Origin: a virus
Lineage: Duplodnaviria > Caudoviricetes
Length of the DNA: 62,056 bases
IMG/VR virus record: IMGVR_UViG_3300012920_000038
Location: 1 to 62,056 of that record
Direction: 5' to 3' (one strand)
Positions 10,002-18,486 of the stretch are shown here, piece by piece. Position numbers and translations under genes: made by a program. Numbering within the stretch: position 1 is the stretch's first letter; each line of letters starts with the position of its first letter. Below the pieces are notes generated by a model. That model was given only the letters and a program-made list of their open reading frames with translations. It ran no database searches and was not told the DNA's origin.

Positions 10002-10050
10002 ACAAGTATTTAGTCGATTTTGAGAAAAAATAAACTATAATATAATTGTT

Positions 10051-10749
10051 ATGAGTAAGAAATGTGTTATTCCAGTCAGTGGAGGTATAGATTCTACAGT
10101 AATATTGCATTGGGTTGCATCTGAAGGTATAGAGGTACATGCTGTGAGTTACAATTATGGTCAAAGACATTTCGATAAAGAGATGGAATGTGCTGTAGCG
10201 AATTGCGAAAAGATCGCAAAGACGCACAAAGTTTTGAATTTAGATTTTTTTAAAGACATAGTGAGTACTAGCTCGTTGATCAACAAAGATATTGACGTTG
10301 CGAAAACAAAAGATGTACTAGGTGATCCACAAACTGTAAATTATGTACCCAACAGAAACATGATGATGTTGTCAATATGCACAGCATATGCAGAATCCAT
10401 AGGAGCCACACAAGTATACCATGGTGCTGCGTTAGTCGATAGTCAAGCTGGTTATTGGGACGGTTCCAGAGAATTTTTACATGCTATCAACAAAGTGAAT
10501 GAACTGAATCGCAGAGATCGTATTGAAATACTTGCACCGTTAATTACCAAGAGTAAAAAAGACATTATTGAACTAGGAGTGTCATCTGGTGTAGATTTTG
10601 CATCAACATGGACGTGTTACGAGGGTAGAGACAAAGCATGCGGCCTTTGCCCAGCATGCAGCTCAAGAATAAAAGGCTTTATCGATGCCGGTGTTAGAGA
10701 TCCATTACAATATGAGATTGACATTCCGTGGGAAAAATATAACTGTTAA
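10051..10749 (+). CDS. queC: 7-cyano-7-deazaguanine synthase QueC-like
   Basis: PP-loop SGGIDS, YNYGQRH, YVPNRN and C-terminal Zn motif TWTCY-x6-CGLCPAC. Confidence 0.92.
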   Translation: MSKKCVIPVSGGIDSTVILHWVASEGIEVHAVSYNYGQRHFDKEMECAVANCEKIAKTHKVLNLDFFKDIVSTSSLINKDIDVAKTKDVLGDPQTVNYVPNRNMMMLSICTAYAESIGATQVYHGAALVDSQAGYWDGSREFLHAINKVNELNRRDRIEILAPLITKSKKDIIELGVSSGVDFASTWTCYEGRDKACGLCPACSSRIKGFIDAGVRDPLQYEIDIPWEKYNC

Positions 10750-10753
10750 CAAT

Positions 10754-11461
10754 ATGTGTGGTATTTTCGGATCATTTAATTTTACAACCTACGAAACACT
10801 ATACAAGAAAAATTGTACACGTGGAAACTTCGCTGGTGGTTCAATATATGTCGAGCAGCGTACCGGTGACATGTATGCTAAAAAATGGTCTGGTACACAA
10901 ACAGAACAAGAATTAACTGGTGAATATAGCTTAGTACATCCCGGTATGATCTTCGCTGGTCACACTCAAGCTCCAACATCAGCAAACCGTGATTATAATT
11001 TCGATACAACACATCCATTTGAGCACGGTAGATGGATAGTGGCGCATAACGGTGTGCTAGAAAATGACCAAGAGCTAAGAAACGAATACTTGAAACAAGC
11101 CACCGGAAAATATAAAGGTGCAACTTTTAATGCATTGACCAGCACGGTAGACAGCGCCGTTATACCAGCTTTACTAGATGAATTATATATGGATGATGAT
11201 GTGGATGTACTGTCCGATATTTTCAATTTATTGAGAGGTACTTTTGCGGTTTGGGCATACAATAAACAAACAAGACAAATGTATATAGCCCGATCTGGTA
11301 GTACATTATTTGCTAACATTCCAGAGAGTGTATTTTCATCAGTGTTAATAGACGGAGTAGCTGATCAAGAATTACACCCCGGGGTGATTTACTGTATGAC
11401 AGTTGAAGGGTTAACCCAGGTTGGTAGCTTCGAATATGATAACCCATTTTTTATGTTTTAA
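10754..11461 (+). CDS. Class II (Ntn) glutamine amidotransferase-like protein
   Basis: Likely true start ATG 10754 gives an N-terminal MCGIFG (catalytic Cys); GHTQAPT, HPF, VAHNGVLEN and VDS motifs. Confidence 0.85.
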   Translation: MCGIFGSFNFTTYETLYKKNCTRGNFAGGSIYVEQRTGDMYAKKWSGTQTEQELTGEYSLVHPGMIFAGHTQAPTSANRDYNFDTTHPFEHGRWIVAHNGVLENDQELRNEYLKQATGKYKGATFNALTSTVDSAVIPALLDELYMDDDVDVLSDIFNLLRGTFAVWAYNKQTRQMYIARSGSTLFANIPESVFSSVLIDGVADQELHPGVIYCMTVEGLTQVGSFEYDNPFFMF

Positions 11462-11462
11462 T

Positions 11463-11660
11463 ATGAACTATAGAATCGAATACAGAATAGACAATTACAT
11501 GAGTACACATTATAAATTTGTACAAGCACGCGACCCGGAGCAAGCAGAGCAACAATTTCAACAGGTAATTGACGAGCAAATACCAGAAGCAAATGTCAAT
11601 ATAGTTGAGATGTCATTAGTTGTTGAAAAAAACGACGCGATTGTGACAATCCCAGCATGA
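11463..11660 (+). CDS. Small hypothetical protein (65 aa)
   Basis: ATG 11463 directly follows the GATase stop; its own stop overlaps the next ATG (ATGA). Confidence 0.65.
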   Translation: MNYRIEYRIDNYMSTHYKFVQARDPEQAEQQFQQVIDEQIPEANVNIVEMSLVVEKNDAIVTIPA

Positions 11661-12331
11661 AGCCCATACTTGTTGTTTGTTGCACCAAAGGTAAAAAGGC
11701 TGATACAAAACTGTATCAGAGTCTCAGTATTATGTCTGGATCTGAAACGAAGCTTGTGTTTCACGAAAATAACACAACCGGGTTACCTGAGATATACAAC
11801 AAATATATTAACAAAAAAAGCTTGAAAAAACATGACATCGCGTTGTTTGTGCATGATGATGTTTATATAGATGATCTCAAGTTACGTGGCAAATTATACA
11901 GCTATGCAAATTCGTTCGATATAACAGGTGTAGCGGGCTGTATCAAACCGGTTATTCGTGAACCAGCGTTATGGCATTTAATGTCAGATAGAAAAAATCA
12001 TCGCGGTTATGTATCTCATGCATTGACAACACCACATGGTGAACCGGGGGTGATGTGTTCATCATTTGGTTATACACCGAGCCGAGTTGTAATGATTGAC
12101 GGTCTGTTCATGGCTGTGAACCTTAAAAAGGCTATACAGAAAGACTGGATGTTTAACACCAATTTTAAATTTCATCATTACGATCTATCGAGTTGTCTGG
12201 ACGCTAATAAAAAACAGTTGCGTATTGGAGTGGCTCCTATTAATATCATACATGATTCTCCTGGTTTGAATTCACTAAATGATAAGGGTTTTCAGGAATC
12301 ACAAGACACATTTTTAAATTTATATAAATGA
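11657..12331 (+). CDS. Glycosyltransferase, GT-A/GT2-like
   Basis: GLPEIYN, LFVHDDV (DxD-type), ITGVAG, VMIDGLFMAV and FHHYDLSSCL. Confidence 0.8.
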   Translation: MKPILVVCCTKGKKADTKLYQSLSIMSGSETKLVFHENNTTGLPEIYNKYINKKSLKKHDIALFVHDDVYIDDLKLRGKLYSYANSFDITGVAGCIKPVIREPALWHLMSDRKNHRGYVSHALTTPHGEPGVMCSSFGYTPSRVVMIDGLFMAVNLKKAIQKDWMFNTNFKFHHYDLSSCLDANKKQLRIGVAPINIIHDSPGLNSLNDKGFQESQDTFLNLYK

Positions 12332-13689
12332 CTAACACGCGATTAGATTTAGATTTTTACGAGAAGGTAATCATGTACCATTGCCTGACTGATGAATCTT
12401 ATCTAGGGTCAATTGCCGAGCATATCAAAACAGAATATTTTGATAACGTAAACATAAAACGTATTATGGGTGTTGTTACAGACTTTTTTGAAAAACGTGA
12501 TGCCAGCCCGACACTAACTGAAATAAAATCACATCTATCAACACCGGAACTTGTTGATAGCTTCAAATCTGTTGTACAATTGATACAAAATTTTGACAAG
12601 CGGTTCAATAAAGACGAGCTTTACGAAAACACAGAACAATTTTTCAAACAAAAAGCCGTGTACACGACAATGATGTCAGTGGCTGACAAATGTAGTAATG
12701 GAGATATGGACACCGGTGAAATTCTCGAAAAATTCGAAACAGCATGCAACATCTCTTTGAATGTCGATCGCGGTTTAGACTATTTCAATGAAGTGGATCG
12801 ACACATAAAGGATTTGTTACATGAAGATAGCACGGTGCCTTCTGGATGGGGTTGGCTAGATGAAAAATTAGACGGTGGATTTTTAGAGCACGGTCGCGCA
12901 ATATACGTATTCGCTGGGGAAACAAACATAGGTAAGTCTATATTTCTAGGCAATATTGCTGTAAATCTTGCCAGCAAAGGCAAGACTGTGCTGCTAGTGA
13001 CTTTGGAGATGTCTGAATTAGTGTATGCTAAAAGACTCAGTACCAAAATAACACAAATACCTATTAATGAGTTATCGTCACAAACTGACTGTCTCAAAGA
13101 GGTGTTGACGGAGTATAAAAATAACAATGACAAATCGAGAATACTCATAAAAGAATTTCCTCCGAGCACAATCACGTGCTCCAACTTACAAACATACATA
13201 AAGAAATTACAAAATACAGGTGTACAAATAGATGCCATAGTTTTGGATTATGTCAATTTGCTAACAACAAGAGATGGTGTAAATTCTTACGAGCGTGTGA
13301 AATATATAACCGAGAGATTACGTGCACTTAGTTATGTATTCGCATGCCCGATCATAACAGCGACACAGCTCAATAGATCTGGTTACAATGAAATAAATCC
13401 CGGTCTAGATACCGTCGGTGAAAGTTATGGTTTAGCCGCTACAGCAGATTGTATGATAAGCATATGGCAAGAAGAAGAAGATGCAGAGCTCGGTATAATC
13501 AAAATAGGCATGATGAAAAATCGATTTGGTCCTAACTTTGGTAGCTGTACATTGGCAATTGATTACCCGACATTAACATTGAGAGAAGATGCAAGTTTAC
13601 AAGACGCATTACCGGAACAACAAGAAGAAGACAACAGTTATTCAACATCGATGATATCAAGTACATTAGATTTTTTGAATAACGATTAA
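12328..13689 (+). CDS. gp41: Replicative DnaB-like helicase
   Basis: Walker A GETNIGKS, VTLEMSE, IKEFPP, VLDYVNL, TATQLNRSG and KNRFG. Confidence 0.95.
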   Translation: MTNTRLDLDFYEKVIMYHCLTDESYLGSIAEHIKTEYFDNVNIKRIMGVVTDFFEKRDASPTLTEIKSHLSTPELVDSFKSVVQLIQNFDKRFNKDELYENTEQFFKQKAVYTTMMSVADKCSNGDMDTGEILEKFETACNISLNVDRGLDYFNEVDRHIKDLLHEDSTVPSGWGWLDEKLDGGFLEHGRAIYVFAGETNIGKSIFLGNIAVNLASKGKTVLLVTLEMSELVYAKRLSTKITQIPINELSSQTDCLKEVLTEYKNNNDKSRILIKEFPPSTITCSNLQTYIKKLQNTGVQIDAIVLDYVNLLTTRDGVNSYERVKYITERLRALSYVFACPIITATQLNRSGYNEINPGLDTVGESYGLAATADCMISIWQEEEDAELGIIKIGMMKNRFGPNFGSCTLAIDYPTLTLREDASLQDALPEQQEEDNSYSTSMISSTLDFLNND

Positions 13690-13732
13690 CGGTAGTTGAT
13701 TATCTGTTGTACAACAAGTAAATACATAGTAT

Positions 13733-14650
13733 ATGTCGAACAGGGTGCATGTTTTTACAGATTGTGATCTAGACGGTGCGGGAGCATATTTAGTTTTATC
13801 AACATTGCTTGATCAAAAGATGTCGTATACAGTGACAAGAGTTGTTGATGTGCAAGAGAAAATGTTAGGGTGGTTAACAAAAAACAAACTATCATCATAC
13901 GATCATGTGTATGTTTTGGATTTAGATTTGAGCCAATATCCGGATGTAATGTCGGCATTTGATCAATCGAATGTTACAATTGTTGATCACCATAAAACAC
14001 ACATCGACAACAAACAAGAATACAAAAGAGCCAATATATACATTGACACAGAAGGTTCAACAACTAAACTTATATACAAACACTTCTCCGGTAAACAAAA
14101 ATTAACACCTCAACAAAAACTATTAGTGTTGATGATTGATGACTATGACAGTTACCTGTTCAATGTACCGAACTCATATGAATTGAATATAGTTTTTTGG
14201 TCCTATCAAGGCGACCGGGTTGAAAAATTTGTTAATGAGTTTTGCGCCGGTTTTGTTGAATTTAGCCAACAACATCAAAACATAATAAAATTTTACCTGA
14301 AAAAACTCTCCAATATAAAAAGCAATCTCAATATACACTTTGCACAAATTGAACTTAAAAACAAACGCCGGAGGTTGATGGCTGTGTTTGCTGATTCATG
14401 TATCAACGACATTGCCGAACATGTTCTTAAAAACTACAAGAGCGATATCGTTTTTGTTGTGAATTTGAAAAGCAACAAAGTGAGCATTCGAAGATCAAAA
14501 ACATGTGATATTGATTTGAGCAATTTAGCGAAAAAATTGTTTGATGAAGGTGGAGGCCATGTAGACGCAGCCGGTGGTATGATATGTGATAAATTTCTAA
14601 CATTCTCGAAAATATTTCAACCCATGAAAATACACAACTTCGATGGGTAG
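13733..14650 (+). CDS. DHH/DHHA1-family phosphoesterase
   Basis: DCDLDG, VLDLD, IVDHH and C-terminal GGGHVDAAGG. Confidence 0.88.
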   Translation: MSNRVHVFTDCDLDGAGAYLVLSTLLDQKMSYTVTRVVDVQEKMLGWLTKNKLSSYDHVYVLDLDLSQYPDVMSAFDQSNVTIVDHHKTHIDNKQEYKRANIYIDTEGSTTKLIYKHFSGKQKLTPQQKLLVLMIDDYDSYLFNVPNSYELNIVFWSYQGDRVEKFVNEFCAGFVEFSQQHQNIIKFYLKKLSNIKSNLNIHFAQIELKNKRRRLMAVFADSCINDIAEHVLKNYKSDIVFVVNLKSNKVSIRRSKTCDIDLSNLAKKLFDEGGGHVDAAGGMICDKFLTFSKIFQPMKIHNFDG

Positions 14651-14951
14651 ATTGACTCAGAGTATATTGAGCAGTGACCCGATGTATCAAGCGTACAAGA
14701 AGGAATATGAGCACCTGTTCCTTTCCTTTTGCACCTTGATATGTCATCTACATAATAAGAAGATGAATCTACCCAATATATTTATCGTGTTATTAAAAGA
14801 GAAAAAACTCAGAGAGTTATTTAAAAAAATAATGAGTATCGAGAGCGATTATGATGCTTGTAAAAAGTTTTTAGAATACGACCCGACCCTACACAAGTCA
14901 AAATATATTAAAAATTTTATCAATTCAAACAACCTCGAGACATTATTATGA
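14643..14951 (+). CDS. Hypothetical protein
   Basis: 102-aa ORF overlapping both neighbours in an operon. Confidence 0.7.
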   Translation: MGRLTQSILSSDPMYQAYKKEYEHLFLSFCTLICHLHNKKMNLPNIFIVLLKEKKLRELFKKIMSIESDYDACKKFLEYDPTLHKSKYIKNFINSNNLETLL

Positions 14952-15613
14952 GTGTAAGTCAACAAGAGAAACACATCTACAATAAATTTTTAGCTGTCAC
15001 AAGATCAGCTCAAAACAAGCCGTTCAAATTGAGAAAGAAATTTGACAATCTTGACGACACGACAATACTTTGTCTCAAAAAATTATCGCTATTTTTCAAT
15101 CGTTTCCGTCATGTTGATGTTGATACATTCTTTAAAGCTCCATGGGAAATATATCTCGACAAAGGTATATTTGATTTGAAGTTCTACACAACTCAACGCG
15201 CACTAAAAGTATACACACTATACATGCAAAGACAGGCGCATAAAAAACCCGACCATGAAGAACAATTATATGACATCAAGCGATCGCTACAATACATATA
15301 CAGGTTTTGTAACAACACTGACATATCGATCGACGAGTATACATCACACACAACAGACGGTCTGAACACATTTGTGTTGCACTTGAAAGAGCATAATGTT
15401 AATATATACACATTATTCGGTTTTCATGATTTCGAGGACAAGTTACAGCAATTGGATAGAGAACAATTAAAATTTATACTTGGCGATTTAATCACCAACC
15501 TGGCAGAATTCAGAACAAATTACATGTCATCACAACACGCGAAAAATTTTATAAAATTAGGAATTAACAAAATCAAACAAAATCAAAAAACAGTTGAACT
15601 TCAAAACAAATAA
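14948..15613 (+). CDS. Probable gp59-like helicase loader
   Basis: 221-aa basic helical protein immediately upstream of gp32, matching T4 gp59 in size and position; sequence resemblance is weak. Confidence 0.45.
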   Translation: MSVSQQEKHIYNKFLAVTRSAQNKPFKLRKKFDNLDDTTILCLKKLSLFFNRFRHVDVDTFFKAPWEIYLDKGIFDLKFYTTQRALKVYTLYMQRQAHKKPDHEEQLYDIKRSLQYIYRFCNNTDISIDEYTSHTTDGLNTFVLHLKEHNVNIYTLFGFHDFEDKLQQLDREQLKFILGDLITNLAEFRTNYMSSQHAKNFIKLGINKIKQNQKTVELQNK

Positions 15614-15621
15614 TCTATAAT
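15594..15621 (+). promoter_or_regulatory. sigma70-type promoter TTGAAC-N16-TATAAT
   Basis: ATG 15628 lies six nt after the -10 box. Confidence 0.72.
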
Positions 15622-15627
15622 AACAAT

Positions 15628-16530
15628 ATGAGTACATTCACAACATCCATGTTCGCAAGCATCAAAGATGCTTTACAAAAAGACAACAAACCGGCAAACG
15701 CAGCATCCGATATCATTCGGTTCACAAAAGGTAACAGTTACGTGGTACGATTAGTACCAAACGTCACTAATCCTGAAAAAACATTTTTTCATTTTTATAG
15801 CCATGGCTGGGAAAGCTTCGCTACTGGTCAATACATCAGCGCGGTGAGTCCGCAAACGTTTGGTGAGCGTGATCCTATCGCAGAGTTCAGATACAAAATC
15901 AACCGTCAAGGTTCAGAGGCTGAGCGTGATAAAGCGAAAGCGATCATTCGATCTGAAAAATGGTTAGTCAATGCATATGTTGTTGATGATCCAGTCAATC
16001 CGGAAAATAACGGCAAGGTCAAGATCATGCGTTATGGTAAACAATTGCATAATATCATCATGGAAGCGATCGAAGGTGAGGATTCAGAGCAATTCGGTGC
16101 TAAAATTTTTGATCTAGGACCAGAAGGTTGTAGCTTGCGAGTCAAGGTTGAAGATCAGGGTGGTTATCCAACATATGTTTCGAGTAAATTTTTAATGCCA
16201 GGAGGCATTCCAGGAGTCGATGCATCAAGCACCGATGAAATCACGTCAAGTATTACTGAATTGGATCAGGTTTTCAAGATCAAGAACACGCAAGAGCTTC
16301 AAGAATTACTCAATGAACATTATCATTGTGTAGATACTGAAGACAATGTACCGGTTCAAGCTGCTGCACCTGCACCAGCTCCAGCACCTGCTGTAGCAAC
16401 CACAACCGATCCGGATCTTCTAGAAGAAGTGCCGCACTTGGATCCAGCACCAGCCGCGGAGCAAAGTAGCAACGATGTGTCATTAGATGATGACAAGATC
16501 AAGGAATTGCTCCAAGGGCTCGATGACTGA
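15628..16530 (+). CDS. gp32: Single-stranded DNA-binding protein
   Basis: VVRLVP, YSHGW, NAYVVDDPVNPENNGKVKIMRYGKQL, GGYPTYVSSKF, and an acidic C-terminal tail DDDKIKELLQGLDD. Confidence 0.9.
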   Translation: MSTFTTSMFASIKDALQKDNKPANAASDIIRFTKGNSYVVRLVPNVTNPEKTFFHFYSHGWESFATGQYISAVSPQTFGERDPIAEFRYKINRQGSEAERDKAKAIIRSEKWLVNAYVVDDPVNPENNGKVKIMRYGKQLHNIIMEAIEGEDSEQFGAKIFDLGPEGCSLRVKVEDQGGYPTYVSSKFLMPGGIPGVDASSTDEITSSITELDQVFKIKNTQELQELLNEHYHCVDTEDNVPVQAAAPAPAPAPAVATTTDPDLLEEVPHLDPAPAAEQSSNDVSLDDDKIKELLQGLDD

Positions 16531-17089
16531 TCAACAGCAAGTAGCACCTCCAGACACCGCTAAATACGAAGACGAGTCTGGAATATCTCCGGATGATATT
16601 GGTTTATTAACAGCGTTCACCAGAAGAGTTAGCGGTGAATTGCACAAAGTAGATAGTCAAAATGTCGGTAGTAACAGCAATATACGAGCGCATCATCTCG
16701 ATCAAAAAAAAATTTTAGCGGGTCTGAATAGACCGGCGAAAAGCGAACAAACTCAGGAAACCACCGTTGACAAACAATCGAATCCGGGTACTCAACAACC
16801 CGCTCCACAGCCTAAACCAAAGGCTGTGGAGCAACCCCGGGTTGCAACTCAGGTTGTAGCTGTCGATTCAGATGTTGAGAAACGTATCACAAGATTAGAA
16901 TCTGCTACAAATGCTCTAAGAAAAGCTAAAAAGATCAAGCGTGGTACAAGATACACAGTGAGTTCAAATGGCTTCAAAGGTGAAATTAGAGATGCGGAGC
17001 TATTAGCTGAATTTGTAATTAACGAAGTTGCAAAAGGGGTAAAAACCATTACAATAAGATCAATAAATGATACTAAAGATAAAGAATAA
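16523..17089 (+). CDS. Hypothetical protein
   Basis: Likely start ATG 16523 overlapping the gp32 stop; lies between gp32 and gp45. Confidence 0.7.
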   Translation: MTDQQQVAPPDTAKYEDESGISPDDIGLLTAFTRRVSGELHKVDSQNVGSNSNIRAHHLDQKKILAGLNRPAKSEQTQETTVDKQSNPGTQQPAPQPKPKAVEQPRVATQVVAVDSDVEKRITRLESATNALRKAKKIKRGTRYTVSSNGFKGEIRDAELLAEFVINEVAKGVKTITIRSINDTKDKE

Positions 17090-17801
17090 AAATGATTTTG
17101 TTGATAGGTTTCTTTCACCTATAAGTAAGATCAATGAGAATGCAGTAATCAAAGTTAACACTGACAAGATCACATCATTAATAACAACAAATGATGAGAC
17201 CCTGATTTTGTACGTTGTGTACGCAAATTCAGATGTTGAAACATTACAGTGCAATTTGAACATACCTGATATTAATCGTCTGATAAAAGTGTTTAGTTGC
17301 ATAGACAATGATAATATTGATATCGAGCTGGATAACAACAGACTCAGATACACATCAGATAATATAAACTTCAAGTATCATTTACTTGAGGATGGTATAA
17401 TAACAACACCAAGCGTGAGTTTTGACAAGATCAAAAAACTCGATTTTACAACGACATTCGAAATTAAATCACATGACATGTCAAGTCTGATCAAGGCGTC
17501 AACATTCACTGTAGATACTGACAAGCTGTATGTATACACAAAAGCAGGTAAGATATATTGTGAATTGACCGACAAACAAAAACATAACATCGATAGTTTT
17601 TCTCGTGTACTAGCAGAATCATATAATGGTGATGAGATACTGACATCAATACCTTTAAACTTCGAAACGTTTCGTTTGATGAGCAGTTTGCGATTTGATA
17701 CATGTTCAGTATGTTTAGACCAAGAAAAGAAAGTGTTTTTACTCACCATCAATTCCGGTGATTACACTTTGAACTTTGTAACTGTAGGGCTAGTAGGTTA
17801 A
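17067..17801 (+). CDS. gp45: Sliding clamp
   Basis: 244 aa; FLSPISKINE, LNIPDINRLIKVF and two-domain clamp-like beta/alpha pattern; replication context. Confidence 0.75.
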   Translation: MILKIKNKNDFVDRFLSPISKINENAVIKVNTDKITSLITTNDETLILYVVYANSDVETLQCNLNIPDINRLIKVFSCIDNDNIDIELDNNRLRYTSDNINFKYHLLEDGIITTPSVSFDKIKKLDFTTTFEIKSHDMSSLIKASTFTVDTDKLYVYTKAGKIYCELTDKQKHNIDSFSRVLAESYNGDEILTSIPLNFETFRLMSSLRFDTCSVCLDQEKKVFLLTINSGDYTLNFVTVGLVG

Positions 17802-17804
17802 TTT

Positions 17805-18146
17805 ATGAAAAATAAAATATCAACTCTAAGCTATTTCATGAAGCGATTACGTGATAATAAGTATGTCGTTTGGAAGGTGTTTGATGGGTACTATATTGGT
17901 GATCGTAGAAAATGGACCGTGTTGGTCAATCCTGGTTACCATTCGGTGTATATAACATGTTATATAGACAATGAAAGTTTGAAAAACGAACCGGTGTTTT
18001 CATTTGATGATGGTGGTTCATGGGACATAAAAACAAACGAGAAACTACAAACAAAATCAATACAAATAGTTATAAACAAATTGATTGAGTGTGGTATCAC
18101 GCCAGATTCAACAGAATATCTCAAAGGAGCCAATGACGATGGATGA
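17805..18146 (+). CDS. Hypothetical protein
   Basis: 113-aa ORF in operon. Confidence 0.7.
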   Translation: MKNKISTLSYFMKRLRDNKYVVWKVFDGYYIGDRRKWTVLVNPGYHSVYITCYIDNESLKNEPVFSFDDGGSWDIKTNEKLQTKSIQIVINKLIECGITPDSTEYLKGANDDG

Positions 18147-18486
18147 AGATGACCCGGAATTTGAATCACTAAGCGGGTTTGAAGACGAGAAAAAGCCATC
18201 CAGAACAAGAAGATCAAAAGATAAAAAGTATGACATGATCAAGTCTGCGCTTGAGACACATCTTGTCGAATACGCTAGAAAAAAACACACACAGAAAAGA
18301 GATACCGAACTGTTAAAAGGTACAATTGAAGAGTATTTGAGTTCGTTTGTTTTGTTGGGATATAATTATGACGGAGATCCGGTGCAACTTGTTAGTGCAT
18401 CAACACAGCAACAATCAGATTCATTAGGAACACTGCTGCAAAAGTTTATAATATCTCAGAGCCCACACACACCACCAGGATACTAG
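18133..18486 (+). CDS. Hypothetical protein
   Basis: Likely start 18133 or 18139 after AAAGGAG; abuts the next gene. Confidence 0.65.
   Translation: MTMDEDDPEFESLSGFEDEKKPSRTRRSKDKKYDMIKSALETHLVEYARKKHTQKRDTELLKGTIEEYLSSFVLLGYNYDGDPVQLVSASTQQQSDSLGTLLQKFIISQSPHTPPGY

Noticed and set aside
10685-10753. Longer N-terminus of the amidotransferase given by the ORF track
   Set aside because: It overlaps queC, and Ntn amidotransferases need Cys at position 2, which fixes the start at 10754.
10051-11461. Qat or type IV CBASS defence system
   Set aside because: No QatA ATPase, TatD nuclease, cyclase or TGT gene lies nearby, and the context is phage replication.
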